This document shows, piece after piece, positions 27,625 through 42,770 of a stretch of 64,000 bases of DNA. The position numbers were made by a program, and so were the translations under genes. Under the pieces are notes generated by a model. The model searched no databases, was not told where the DNA came from, and was given only the letters and a program-made list of their open reading frames with translations. Position 1 is the stretch's first letter. Each line of letters begins with the position of its first letter. Source of the DNA: Octopus vulgaris (Eukaryota); the NCBI GenBank assembly GCA_951406725.2, contig OX597814.1, positions 112,158,001 through 112,222,000 on the forward strand, in the 5' to 3' direction.

Positions 27625-28064
<440 letters not shown>

Positions 28065-28250
28065 ATAGAGAGAGAGATATGTAAACAGAGTTAGCGATTA
28101 TAGTAACCGACTAAGGGATAAAATATCCGTATATACTATCGGTATCCGTTACCTGTATTATTCCCGGGTATTGGTGTGCAGGCACACCATACACGTAGAG
28201 TGCAGATAACAACAGGATAAACAAGAGTTTATCAGGAACCAATGCAAATA

Positions 28251-28449
28251 ATTAGAAAATGGAGAAAACCAGAGATTAACCAACACATCGATCGAACCAC
28301 ATTTATAGCTTATTTTTTGATGCAAAGCATGACATAACAAAATAAGTGACGTCACCTATTTTGTTATATCATGCTTTGTATAAAAAAATAAGCTGTAAAT
28401 GTGATCCAACCGATGTGCCGCTTCATCTGTGGTTTCTCCATTTTCTAAT
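28251..28449. repeat. Imperfect ~200-bp palindrome with no spacer
   Basis: attagaaaatggagaaa...ataagtgac|gtcacctatt...tttctccattttctaat. A related single arm lies at about 44341-44425. Confidence 0.85.
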
Positions 28450-29412
28450 ATTATATATATAATGGAGTGGATAAAATCGAGGCTACATTAGTTTCATATA
28501 TATAGGAACCTCGGAAGTATTAATTATTCAAAAGATGGGTAGACTGCAAGCTACTTTAGATGTTTGTTCGCTCATACAGCAACGCCATTTATAGAATAAC
28601 TTTTTTTTTTAGCTTATCATACTTCGATACGGGAAAAACCTTCTGCGCCAATAAACCACTATTGCCCCTGAAAGCTGTCTTTTTATATCATATATGGACT
28701 ACTTGAATCTCACTAACTTCCTACTCCTAGATCCTAGGATGTTGCCTTTACATATTAATATATATACAAATGTATATACAGTATTTCTGTGTGTATACTT
28801 TGATGTACGACTGCTGCTGATATATCTAGGCCTGCAAGTAGATACCATCATCCAGTCTCCTGCCTGTTCGATGGTATGCTTACCACTGTACTGTGTGTGT
28901 GTGAACGCGTACATACACACCGCACAGACACAAACATACACACTCACATACACAAACAGACACAAACAGACACACACACACACATGAAGAAGATGGGAGG
29001 TATTGCGCTGGTGCAGAACCTCAACTTTCTCACAACACTGTGTATTTTCGGGCATTTACCTCGTTCTTCTTATGCATATATATCCATGCCTTTATCGAAA
29101 AAGACCCCACTCCCCAATCTTATACCAAGCTCTTTCCTTCATCGTACCAGTAGTTGTACATCAAGTTCATTCCTATCTCTATTTTGAACTGCTCCGGGCT
29201 GTATCTCTGTCGAGTTTACCTAACATATGTCATAGAGATTACCTTCAATTTCATACACAGTAAACACACGGTACAACTGATAGGGATTGCCCTGGGATAA
29301 TTACCAGATGAAGCACTCTCTCAACCTACACGATATAAATATATATATATCTATATAATATATATATATATATATATAAATATAATTATATGAATGTATG
29401 TATGTATATCGG

Positions 29413-29448
<36 letters not shown>

Positions 29449-29720
29449 TAAATTTATATATGTATGTATACGGTTATAGATGTATATATATATATATGAA
29501 TATAAGCATACATACCTATTTATGTATACATATATATATGTAAATATATGTATGTGTGTATATATATATATTTATATATATATGTATATATATATGTATG
29601 GGTATATGTATATATATATACGTGTGTGTGAATATGTATATACACATGTATACATAAACACACACATGTATATATATACGTGTGTATATGTATGTATATA
29701 CACATATATACATATATATA

Positions 29721-29767
<47 letters not shown>

Positions 29768-29948
29768 GCATTATATATACATACATATTTGGGTTTTTTC
29801 TTAACTTTAACCCACCTCTTTCTATATGCTATCTTTGACGTTATATCCTGTAACTTTTTTTTAAAACAAACTCAATAGCGTTCAGTTAATCCCTATACAT
29901 ATCCATCATTTTCTGTTAAAATGTCTAATTGACGAGTTTCATTTCTTC

Positions 29949-30037
29949 ATTTCCCTGAAGAGAAGATTACATTGTTTTACACCATTTTATTCCTTTGGAA
30001 TAATACCAGTGATATCTTCAAAACATGTGTCGGAAGT
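29949..30037 (+). ncRNA. Minimal type I hammerhead ribozyme relic with one core mutation
   Basis: Stem I atttcc/ggaagt; CTGAAGA at 29955-61; stem II gaagat/atcttc; AAAAC (for GAAAC) at 30020-24; loop ATGT; GTC at 30029-31. Confidence 0.6.
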
Positions 30038-30554
30038 AAAAGAATTTGAATAACACATGCGTTTAACTCCATTTATTATTTATCTATTTATTTATTTATT
30101 TATTATACGAAGTATTTCACGTAAACCCGGAGTTTCTACTTTTATAAAAGGAGTTACACCCTTTTTAGTTGTGTGATATTTTTGCTACCCTGGTAACTAT
30201 TTATCTATTTTTTTCGTGTTAATTGTTAACAAGGGAAAAGTACATCTATTTACATATATATCTACACATATTATATATATTATATGTATATATATATATA
30301 TGTATGTATATATATATATATATATAAATATATAATTAGATATATTTAAGACACCGCATGCCATTTGGAATTTCAAAGCATCTATGTAGCCAGCTATCTC
30401 TCATAAAATTGTCAGACTGCTTGGCGTAGAACAATCGTGCCTACATTGCATGTCTTGCATTCATGTACGAAACACCACTGGTTTATATGTACATAAATAC
30501 AGACTTAAGTATATATGTAGGTAAGTTGCTATGTATGTATGCATATGTGTAATG

Positions 30555-30822
30555 ACTGACCATGGGATTGCACCTAGATAGTTGTTTATGGAAGACCAGT
30601 AGTCACCCATGCCACCAGTGTTACCCAAGGGAAAGGCAAAGGGGCCGATACAGCTTGGCACCAGTGACGTCGCTAACTCATTTCTACAGCTGAGTGAACT
30701 GGAACAACGTGAAATAAAGTGTCTTGCTCAAGAACACAACACGCAACCCGATCCGGGATTCGAACTCACAACCTCACGATCGTAAGCTCGACGCTCTAAC
30801 CACTGAGCCATGCGCCTTCACG
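30555..30822 (-). mobile_element. tRNA-derived SINE family D
   Basis: gtgaaggcgcatggctcagtggttagagcg...gagttcgaatcccgg head; ttgagcaagacactt central domain. Confidence 0.85.
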
Positions 30823-31227
30823 TAATTAAATATATTAAATAAAGCAAATATAGTTATATTTGGCTGAGATCACAACATGACCCCTAAACGGAGTGTCAGC
30901 CCGTCATTTACAATTCAGTGGACCAGAGTAGTGTGAAATGAAGAGCTTTGCCCAAGATCATAACGCAGCGCTCGGTCTGGGAATCGAAAGCAGGATCTTG
31001 TGATCCTGAGTGTATCATGTCCACCACAGGGCTACGTGCCTTCTGTCTAGGACTACATATTTTTTAAGACGGTACAGTGTGATTTAATGATCTGGTTGTT
31101 ATTTCTAACAGTAGGCTCGTAGGAGAGGTGGATCCACCTGATCACTGTCCACACTGATAGCTTGATGAGACTAGTACACGCCTAAACATATTTGATTAAT
31201 TAATTGGTTAGACAAGATATTCTAATT

Positions 31228-31550
31228 GGTTAGTGGTTAGAGCGTCGGGCTCACAATCATGAGGTGTTGAGTTCGATTCCCGGAGCGGGCTGTGTGTTGT
31301 GTTTTTGGCAAGATACTTTATTTCATGTTGCTCCAGTTCACTCAGCTGTAGAAATGAGCTGCGACGTTACTGGTGCCAAGCTGTATCGGTCCCTTTGCCT
31401 TACCCTTGGATAACATCAGTGACGTGGAGTGGGGATGCTGGTATGCATGGGTGACTACTGGTCTTCCATAAAACAACCTTGCCCGGAATTCGTTCCTTCG
31501 AGAGGAACTTTCGAGGTGCAATTTCATGGTCATTCATGACGGAAGGGAGT
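31228..31550 (+). mobile_element. tRNA-derived SINE family D
   Basis: Homologous to 30555-30822 in the opposite orientation. Confidence 0.85.
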
Positions 31551-31886
31551 CCTAATTTCCTATAACAAAATTATGGCGTTGTTGTTTAGATCCATAGAAG
31601 ACCTGGTAGAGTATACCTAAGATCAAAGGTGTTCCACTCATGAACATCCCGGCAACTCACACGACTCGGGGCTACAGCTAAAGATGTTTGTTCAATGTGC
31701 CGCACAGCGGTCTGAACACGAAACCGTGTGGTTGCAAAGCGACTTTATTAGCCACATAGCTTTGCCTGTGCCTTGAGCAATTATCTTTTTATTTTGTGTT
31801 ATTCCATCCCCGGAAGGAAGAAAAGAAAAAATGGGACTTCGGCCGAATTTGAACTCAGAACGTAAAGGGTCAGAACTACTACAACG

Positions 31887-31935
<49 letters not shown>

Positions 31936-31967
31936 TTATTAATAATAATAATAATGTTAATAATAGC

Positions 31968-32715
31968 GATTTAAAACCGGAAATGAAGGCTTTAATCTGT
32001 GCTGCCTAAGGGCAAGCACTAAGAACAAACTACATAAAATACAAAATAGACAACACATCAGAAAGTGTTAAGTGCAGAATCTGTGGAGAAAATGGTGAAA
32101 CCGTACGGCATATTACCAGCCAATGTATGCCACTAGCCCAAAAGGAATATAAGAGATGTCATGACAATAGAGCAAAGCTTGTCCATTGGACACTTTGCAA
32201 CAAGTATAGACTTGACAGAGCAAAAAAGTGGTACGATCACAATCCCGAAGGCATCATCGAAAATGATAATGCAAAGATCCTGTGGGATTTTATGATTCAG
32301 TGCGACCATGTGATAGAGACTAGGAAGCCAGACATAGTCTTAATTGAGAAAGCAAACAAACTATGCTGGATCATAGATATAGCATGCCCAGCTGACAACA
32401 AGGTATGTGGCTAGGAAGAAAGTCGAGAGATATGATAGGTTAGCTTGGGAAGTTAAGCAGTTGTGGTCGGTGGAAAAGGTAGCAGTAGTACCTATAATTG
32501 TCGGTGCATTGGGAACAGTGAGTAAAAATCTCAAGAAGTACGTGGAGTAAATAGGGGCTGCAATAAGGGCCGAGTACTTGCAGAAAATAGCACTGCTTGG
32601 AACCGCTCGAATACTCCGGAAGGTGCTCGAAAAATAAGAAGTGTTACCTTAGTTCACTGGTAGTGAACAGCTGACACTGTAGTACATCTCCAGCGTTAGA
32701 AGCTGAAACCACTAA
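31968..32715 (+). mobile_element. R4/Dong-type 3' fragment, decayed
   Basis: KCRICGENGETVRHITSQC..LAQKEYKRCHD; RKPDIVLIEK; IIDIACP; VPIIVGALG; LLGTARILRKVL. Preceded by (TAA)n. Confidence 0.88.
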
Positions 32716-32904
32716 TAACAATGGTTTCAAATTTTTGTAAGAAGGTCAGCGATTTTGGAGTAAGAGATGAGTGGATTACATCAACCCCAGTGTGTAACTG
32801 GTACTTATTTTATTGACCCTGAAAGGATGAAAGGTGAAGTCGACAAAGGTGGCAATTGAACACAGAACGTAAAGACGGACGAAATGCCGCTAAAAATTTT
32901 GACC

Positions 32905-33405
32905 GTTGCAGTGGCTTTCATGGCTTCTAATCTTATATGATTGGCAGTGTTATCATGTACATTATTTTCTCTTGGGATGGACTACAACAAATATTCTGCT
33001 CAATACTACAGATTTGCTTGTCAGTTGCTTGACCATAACCAGCTGAGCATGTCCCTTAGTGGCTGACAATATGTGCATCGCTGATAACGAGCAGAAGTTG
33101 TGGGGGAGCATAATAACCATGTGTTGAAAGGAATTCTTTGGGGTTTGGATAATTCACCTCTGGAAACATAGGTATGTTGTTCATCATCCTTAAACAACCC
33201 TTATTCAGGAACCTTTTGAGCTAATCAGCCTGAAGAAATTATTAGCTGGGCCCCACCTGCAAGGTCATGCACTGTTTATCTTGATATAAGATCACCATGT
33301 CGCGCACATATGGTTGTGATGCATGTGCTTGGTGTATCCTTATTAGACGGGTAGTCATGATGTGTATACAGGTTTCGTATATTTTACTTGGTATCACTCT
33401 CACTC
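32905..33405 (+). mobile_element. Family T element ending in (TAA)n
   Basis: Reverse complement of 22169-22725; ends ctctcactcaataataa. Confidence 0.82.
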
Positions 33406-33465
<60 letters not shown>

Positions 33466-35421
33466 CCTTTCTACTGAAGGCACACGGTCTCACATTTGTG
33501 GTGAGGAGACGAATCGATTACATCGACTCCAGTGTTTCACTGGTACTTAATTTATGTATCCCGAAATAATGAAAGGCAAAGTCAACCTCAGTCGAATTTG
33601 AACCCAGAATGTAAAGTCGGACGAAATGCCGCAAAGCATTTTGATCTTTGTGGCAACGACTCTGCTAGCTCGGCGCTTTAACATCAACAATAATAATTAT
33701 TATTATTATAATTATAATAAAAGACGTGAAACAGAATCAATATGCTTTTATTAGCATAGTGACCCTCCCAAAATACAACAAAATATTTTAACATCAAGAA
33801 TCTTCCAAGATATTTCACATGAAGAATCTTCCAAACCAAATGCGAAAAGAAAAAAAAAAAGACGATACAAAATATCCGTGAGGCAGGTGCTTCAAAATAA
33901 AGAACCTACATCATTAACATGGAAATTTGTTTTTCTTTAACATTTAAATATGGTGGTCATAATGAGGGGATGCGATGTAGTGGAGTATGTTAGACCCTTA
34001 CAGACTAAGGCAGAGACAATCGGAATTTTAACAGATAAGGCTTCTGCGCATAAAAGCTGATGTTTTTACAACAATTGAGAGGGAAAAGTTATCTTTAAGC
34101 GTTATCTTTTTGTTTTTACTTCTTTCAGTCATGTGACAGCGACCATGCTAGGGTACCGCTTTGAACATTTCTTTGTTGAATGAATCGGTCCCGTTATTTA
34201 CTTTTTGTTTAAAGCCTGATACTTATTCTATCGGTTACTTTTTGCCCAACCACTAAGTTACGAGGACGTAATGATACCGGTTGTGAAGTGGCAGTGGTGG
34301 GGGACAAACACAGGCACATACATACAAACATACACACGTAAATTTTATTTTAGAATTTATGGGAGCAACCGTCTTTGAAGAGTTATATATATATATATAA
34401 CTCAACCAGAGTATATATATATATATATAACTCAACCAGCCTTCAACTGGTCAGAAGGGATAAACATCTCTCTCTTAAACAGCCATTTATGCTATATCGA
34501 AGAAATGAATCCATGAAGATGATCTACTCGGTATCCACGGATACTACGGACTGCACTGTAATCAGCCTAGGAATACGGACTGTGATCTTAAGAGACGTGA
34601 TTTCTGGAAACGGGCGTAGAGATGCATTAAATGTTTATAAATTCCATCCAAGGATTACTGTTGTTATTACTATATGCATATGTATGTGTGTGTGTATACA
34701 CATGCATGCATACATATATATGACGAATTTCCACACAGTTTTTGTCGACCGAATTCATTTACGAAGCATCCGTCATCTCGAGGTGATAGTAGAAGGCACT
34801 CACTCAATGTGCCATGCAGAGGGACTGACCTTGAAACCGCATGGTTTCAACGCGATCTTCTTAAGCACACAACCACGCCTGCGCCTGTATTTTTATATTT
34901 ATCAGAGAAGCCAAAGGATATTTATAGTCAAAATCCATTATTCATCTTTTTCTCTTAAATAAAAACAAACTGCCAACAATGAGTTGAACTTGGACATTTT
35001 TAGCCTGAAATAAATAGCTGTTGAAACTAAAAACATTCAAAATGAAAAATATTCTTCTCAGAATCCATTTAGGAAAAAGAAAAAAAACAAAACATTTTTC
35101 AACCATTAATCATGTACGTCGTATGTGTGTATGGATGTGTGTGTGTACGTATGTGTGTGTGTGTTTTATGCATTATTGATACCTTATAAGGGTGGTGAGC
35201 TGGTAGAATCGTTAAAGTGTCAGTAAAATAACTTTGTGGTATTTGTTCAGAATATTTATTTTCTAAATTCAAATCCCGCCGTCATTGAATTTCCCTGTTT
35301 CGGGGTTCGATAATTATAAAATCCCTGTATAAATACGAGGACATATACTCTAAAATTGCGGACTTTAAGCCTAAATCAGAAACCGTCATATATACACTCA
35401 CTCAGATATTTATACATATTG

Positions 35422-35455
<34 letters not shown>

Positions 35456-35501
35456 CAATATCATCATCATCATCATTATTATTATTATTATCATCATTAT
35501 T

Positions 35502-35664
35502 ACGTTCTGAGTTCAGATTCCGCCGAGGTCGACTTTGCCTTTCATCCTTTCGCGGTCGATAAATAAAGTACCAGTTTCGCACTGGGGTCGATGTAATCGA
35601 CTTAATCCCTTTGTCTGTTCTTGTTTGTCCCCTCTATGTTTAGCCCCTCGTGGGCAATAAAGAA

Positions 35665-35709
<45 letters not shown>

Positions 35710-35920
35710 GGCGGCGAGCTGGCAGTATCGTTAGCACGCCAGCAAAATGCATAGCCGTATTTCGTCTGCCGCAACGTTCTGAGTTCAAATTCCGCCGAGG
35801 TCGACTTTGCTTTTTATCCATTCGGGGTCGATTAAATAAGTACCAGTTATGCACTAAGATCGATGTAATCGACTTAATCCCTTCCCTCAAATTTGAGGCC
35901 TTGTACGTCCAGTAGAAAGG

Positions 35921-35961
<41 letters not shown>

Positions 35962-36174
35962 AGTGGCGAGCTGACAGAATCTTTAGCACGCTGTACGAAA
36001 TGATTTGCGGTATTTCACCTGCCGCCACGCCCTGAGTTCAAATTTCGTCAAGACCGACTTTGCCTTTCATTCTTTCGGGGTCGATAAATTAAGTACCAGT
36101 AAAACACTGTGATTCGGTGTAATCGGCTAGTCCCCACCTCCAAAATTTTAGGCCTTGTGCCTTCAGTAGAAAGG

Positions 36175-36175
<1 letters not shown>
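35502..36175 (+). mobile_element. Three tandem SINE family B copies separated by (ATT)n
   Basis: Units at about 35502-35666, 35708-35920 and 35960-36175, each bounded by ATT repeats. Confidence 0.85.
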
Positions 36176-36209
<34 letters not shown>

Positions 36210-36211
<2 letters not shown>

Positions 36212-36545
36212 TTTTGGTTTGTCTCAGGTTCGGTCTTATTCCTGGTAGGATCTATGTGGGTAGCAGGTTACTAGTTCTAACCTTAGGTATCCACAAGTTA
36301 TCAGCAGTCTTTCAAGCGCTTAGAACCCTCCTGATAATCCTTGCTGTCCCTAACTGACAAACTTTCTGCAGGAGCTCTACCGGACATTCTAATCCAATCT
36401 CCTTCAGCCATCTGTCTAAATCTTTGCTTACCGTTCCCAAAGCACCAATTATTATAGACACGACCTTTACTGGTCTCATTCTCCAAATTCTTCCTATTTC
36501 AAATTTTAAAGGATTGTATTTTTTTGTTTTTTATCCTCTTTCTTT
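36210..36545 (-). mobile_element. R4/Dong-type 3' fragment
   Basis: KFEIGRIWRMRPVKVVSIIIGALGTVSKDL...LLQKVCQLGTARIIRRVL. ATT repeats on both sides. Confidence 0.8.
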
Positions 36546-36570
36546 ACGATATTATTATCATTATCATTAT

Positions 36571-37078
36571 TGAGTGAGAGAGCAGTGTATGCCATCATAG
36601 TGGCACTGGGGTAACATACACGTCTGATAAGGGTTACATCGGGAACATGCATCACAACCACATTTGCGCGACATGGAGATCTTCTATCAAGATAAATAGC
36701 GCATGACCTTGCAGGTGGGTCCCAGTTAGAACATTCTTCAGGTCAAGTAACCTATCCCGCTCAAAAAGGTCCCTGAATAAGGAATGCTTAAGAATATTGA
36801 ATGAAACACCCATGTTTCCAGAGGCGAATTATTCAAACCTTAAAGAATTCCTCTCAACACATGGCTATGATGTTACCCCACTACTTCTGCACATATCGTC
36901 AGCCAGTAAGAGACATGCTCAACTGGTTATGGTCAAACAACTGACAAATCTGTGGTATTGGACAGAATATGTGCTGTATCCCATCTTTTATATCAAGACA
37001 ATACAATGTACATGGTAACACTTCCAATCAGTTATGATGAGAAGCCATGAAAGCCACTGCCTGGCATTGCACCAATGC

Positions 37079-37080
<2 letters not shown>
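36571..37080 (-). mobile_element. Family T element between ATT repeats
   Basis: Colinear with 22169-22725. Confidence 0.85.
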
Positions 37081-37171
<91 letters not shown>

Positions 37172-37312
37172 GGCGATGAGCTGGCAGAATCGTTAGCACG
37201 CTGAGCGAATGTGATCTTGATTGAGTCAGATCTCTGTTAGAAATAATAATATATATATAACTCCAGCTAATTGTATTGAGTACTTTGTTTTTCGTTTATC
37301 CACTCACTTGTA

Positions 37313-37393
<81 letters not shown>

Positions 37394-37412
37394 ATGTGTG
37401 TGTGTGTGTTTG

Positions 37413-37449
<37 letters not shown>

Positions 37450-37692
37450 CGTATGTATATACTTCAGAATAAAGAGTTAGTCGAGTACAGTGCGCAACAC
37501 GAACTGGAAATTTTCCAAAGCCCTCACATACACACATGCATGTAAGTATGTATGTGTGTATGTATGGGTATATATATGTTAAATAGTTGGAGAAAGGGGA
37601 AGTTTCAAGTAGATTGAAATAATCTATTTCTCATATTTTATCTGTGTATCATAATAATAATAATAACAATAATAATGATGATGATAAGAATG

Positions 37693-37727
<35 letters not shown>

Positions 37728-37769
37728 TATTATTATTATTATTATTATTATAGTAATTATAATGATAAT

Positions 37770-38130
37770 AATCGTTGTATCAATACCCACAGATAACAAC
37801 ATTTCCTTAAAAGAAACATTCAAAATACAAAGATGTGGAAATAGAGGTAACTCGAATGTGGAACCTTAAAACAGAAACAAGCCCTATTATAATAGGTGCA
37901 TCAGGTGTGATAAGAAAAAAATCAGGCAAATACATAACAAAATCACCAGGACTTACAAGTATATATAACATACAGAAAATAGCACTACCATGCACTGCAC
38001 ACATCCTATGTAAAACACTTTCAATGCAGTGAAAATAGAAGCATCACAATAAACCATAGTATATACATACGCAAGGTACACAGAGCCGCGCTCGACAGGG
38101 CAGTGAAATCACGTGATAAAAATAAGACGA
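37770..38130 (+). mobile_element. R4/Dong-type 3' fragment, followed by a family T fragment (38135-38390)
   Basis: VSIPTDNNISLKE; VEIEVTRMWNLKTETSPIIIGA; IQKIAL..TAHIL. Preceded by (TAA)n; the family T piece ends in (TAA)n. Confidence 0.82.
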
Positions 38131-38401
38131 AAAGGTAGTTCAACATTCTTAAACAAACCTTATTCAGGAACCTTTTGAGCGGGATGGGCCGGCTACTCAA
38201 CCTAACGAGGGACCCCCACCTGCAATAACATGCACTATTTATCTCGATATGAGACCACCCTGTCGCGTACATACGATTGTGATGCATGTGCCAGGTGTAC
38301 CCTAATCAGACGGGTAGTCGTGATGGGTATACTGGGCTTCGTATATCTGTACCACAGTGTCAATTTGATGGCAAGCACTGCTCTCTCACATAATAATAAT
38401 G

Positions 38402-38451
<50 letters not shown>

Positions 38452-38965
38452 CCTTTCTGCTAAAGGCACAAGGTCCTGAAATTTTGGGAGAGGGGTCCAG
38501 TCAATTAGATGGACCCCAGTACGCAACTTGTACTTAATTTATTGATCCTGAAAGGATGAAAGGCTATGTGTACCGAGGCGGAATTTGAACTCAGAACATT
38601 AAGCATTTTTTCCACAAAAGTAAAAATTATGCCAGTGCGTCGGACAGGGTGCTTAGCACGGTTTCTTCCGGCTGTACGTTCTAAGTTCAAATTCCACCCA
38701 GGTTGAATCTGTCTTTCATTCTTTTGTGGTCGATGAAATAAATACTGGGTTCGAATATATAGACTAACACCATACTCCCTCCAAATTTCCGGCCATATTG
38801 CCTTGAGTAGAAAGGACTACGATCACCACCACTACTACTACCACCACCACCACCACCGCCACTACCACCACCACCACTAATACTACTACCACCACCACCA
38901 CCACCACTACTACTACTAGTACTACTACTACTAAAACCACCACCACCACCCTCATCACCACCCTA

Positions 38966-38998
<33 letters not shown>

Positions 38999-39247
38999 CC
39001 ACTACTACTACTACTACCAACAACACCATCACTACTACTACTAAAATTTGAAAAAGGTGAGTAATCAACCGGAATGTATCTATGTATGTCTCCGTGCATA
39101 TTTGATTTGTATATACATGCATATACACATACATATATACATACATTTATACATATGCGCATACATCTATATATACACACATATATGCATCTATATATAT
39201 ATATATATCTATCACATATTCATATATATATATATACATATATATAC

Positions 39248-39300
<53 letters not shown>

Positions 39301-40385
39301 CTCGCACAGATATATATACATACACACATATATATATATACATATATAATATACATACATATACCTATACATCCATATACATACATACATGTATATATAA
39401 AAATTAAAAATTGTATAATATAGCAGCATTTTCGAACTTCATTTTTTACAAATATATATATATATATACATACATATTCATGCCTATACATACTTGTATA
39501 TACACACACCACACACACACGCATACATATGTACGTAGACACTTTCGTATATTACATACATAAATGTGCTGAGTTTCGTCTCCGCTAATATATGACAGGT
39601 GCACAATGATTGACCGTTTTCTTCGTTGAAATTCAGAAGTTAAACGAGATTAGAAAAAAAAACGTTAGCACAAATGCATCTGTACATCTCTTTTATTCAT
39701 TTATCTACTTCTTTATCCATTTTTGTTCTGGAGTGGAGGTGGGCGTGGAAGGAGTGTTTCTTTTGCTCGCGAAACCAAATAACGGACAGCTGCATTTCCT
39801 TAACACTTATTGCAATTAGATATTCATTTTGTCTTAATCGACTCAACTATTGTCGTTAAAAGTCTCTTTTAAAAAAAAAACAACAAATATGAAAAAAATT
39901 GCACTCATGTTGTCGAATTGATATAAAAATCGCAATAAGACCACCACCATCGACAACATCAACAGCAACAACAACAGCAACTATTTAAAGAATTATATGA
40001 AGGAAGGAAAGGACATCCAAATAATCGCTTTATCATTTCGCGTCAGGAAAGAAATTGATGAGAATATGAATTTCAAGAACACAAATGATTTTGAATCCCT
40101 AATTCGAATTTAATGAAGAATTTCTGTTGTCTTTTTATGTGTTCATCTGTTATATTTTACTCTTTTATTTGTTTCAGCCATTCGACTGAGGCCATGCTGG
40201 GGCACCGCCATGAAGAATGTTTTCAGTCGAATGAATAGACCCCATTAGTTATTCGTGCTTAACGTCTGCTACTTATTCTATCGGTCTCCTTTGCTGAAAC
40301 GCTATGCTGCAGGAACGCAAACACACGAACACCGGTTGTGAAGCGGTGGTGGGGAACAAAGACACAAACACAAACACACGCACAC

Positions 40386-40440
<55 letters not shown>

Positions 40441-40779
40441 TATAATGGACTCTTCCAACGAACAAAGCGCAGGAGTTTTCAGATTTTGGGCCGAACGACC
40501 TCCACAAATGACTTGTCTGTAGCGATCAAATGTTCGTGCTGCGCATAAGGCTCCCTCCTTCCATCAAATTGATGTTGACTGAAAAGGTGCACGTTGTGCC
40601 GCGCGTCAGGTGTCAAAGGGATCGCAGAGCAGCGTGAGATTAGTGTTTTACTGAAGAGTACAACGCATCACCTGGTCTAGGAATTGAAATCACGGGCGCT
40701 AGATCGTGAGTGCAATACCCTAACCCCTAAGCCATGCGCGCCCTCATATATATATATATACATATACCTATTTATATAC

Positions 40780-40810
<31 letters not shown>

Positions 40811-40925
40811 CATATATACATATATATATACATATATTTATATATACACATACACACACACACATATATATATATATGCATATATATATATATGCATATA
40901 TATACATATATTTATATATACACAT

Positions 40926-40982
<57 letters not shown>

Positions 40983-41024
40983 TATATATATATATACATA
41001 TAAGAGACAATGACTATGTACGCC

Positions 41025-41057
<33 letters not shown>

Positions 41058-41059
<2 letters not shown>

Positions 41060-41690
41060 CAAAATGGGACAAGAGCGCAAAACATCCAGATAGACGATAC
41101 AAAGAAATCAAGGACGGGTCATTCGGAGTTTTCTTTCCTCAGTCGAGTCCCAGATCATCTTTGCAATTTCGGCTGGTTATAGTCGAGATTGCTCCAATCT
41201 GGCCAGTCCCAAAGAAAAACTAACCTAAGAGCTTTAGATTCCTTGTAAGAAAGCAGCGAATGTATACGAAAACAAGGATGGAAAAAAACGGAGAATGTTA
41301 CATAAATACAAATAACAGGACATAACAACAGGTGTCTTTCGACTAAGGACGAATTAAATTAAGCTGGCGTGTGTGGAAGTAAAGCCTTACGGCAGGGATA
41401 CAAGATCTGACAGTCACAGGGAGGAATATGGATGTTGCACGGAGAGAGAAGAGAGAGATGTAGAGGCAGAGGGACAGAAGAAATAAGAAGGGGCGAGAGA
41501 AAAAATGACAGAGACACAGTGAAGTGGAAAGAGGAGGGAAAGTGAGCATGAAGAGAAGGTAAGGAAATGTGGAGAGGGGGAACGAAAGAACGAGGTGTGG
41601 AATGAACGAAGTAAGCGTGAAAGTGCTGATAGAAAGTCGTTCCCTCCATCTCACATGTTTGTTTACATATAACGTAACATTTATATATAT
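41058..41690 (-). mobile_element. Unclassified (TA)n-associated interspersed repeat
   Basis: 41060-41178 is the reverse complement of 4875-4990 (cagccgaaattgcaa.gatgatc...gactga.ga...ttttgcg...tgtccca). Both copies abut (TA)n. Confidence 0.6.
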
Positions 41691-41905
41691 ACACACTCAC
41701 AACACGTCGGTCTTCTTTCAATTTCCGTCAAATACACTCACAAGGCTTTGGTCGGCCTGCGACTATTTTAGAAGACACCCACCGAAGGTACTACGCAGTG
41801 GCAGTGAACCCAGAACCATTATTCACGTTCGTTCGAGGCTACGAGAATTTAATAAGAATAAAAATAATACGTTATCGTTTGGATTCCTGCCTCTTCTAAC
41901 TGCAC

Positions 41906-41969
<64 letters not shown>

Positions 41970-42097
41970 CAGATTCTGATGAATATGGTACTTCAGTTGT
42001 GGCACCAGAATTTAGTACGGTATTATCCATACAATTTCAAAGTAAGGTGATTAAAATCAAAATAAGCAACAAGGATATCTCAAAGTAATGCAGTACA

Positions 42098-42152
<55 letters not shown>

Positions 42153-42334
42153 CATATCAAAGGGAAATTAAAATTTACATTTCCAGTAGTCTAACGTGTA
42201 AAAATTTAGTCCAAAAATGTTTATATTTTCATTTCGTTCCTGTCGAATTTTATCTCTAATTTTGTAGTTATAGAACCTAGCTGTTCTTTCTAGCGTGTTG
42301 AATCCCAAGAGTGGATTACTCATGTGTTTAAATG

Positions 42335-42770
42335 TACACTATCATTTGTACAATGTGGAGAATATACCGCCAACTTTGCCCAAACGACCTGAACATAAAC
42401 TTCAAGGTCCATCCAAGACTGGGACCACGGGCCATACGTCCCCTGCCCAATTCAAGATCACAGCATACATATACACTACAACATAATTTCTTTTCCTCAA
42501 CAGGCCCTGCCCTATTTAACATTGTCCCGAAAGAGATCAAAGAGGAACAGGATCCCATCAACTTTAAACGGAGTCTGGATAGATTCCTTCAAAGAATACC
42601 AGATAAGCCACCCATAATTGGATACAACTCACCCAACAAAAACTCACTACTTGAATGGACCATAAGCAAAACTTGACTTAAACAGGATTCAAATAATCCT
42701 ATCAGGTGGTGCTATTAAGTTAGACATGGCCTGGACCAATTATTGGTCGAAACACGTCTAAGTTTATCTA

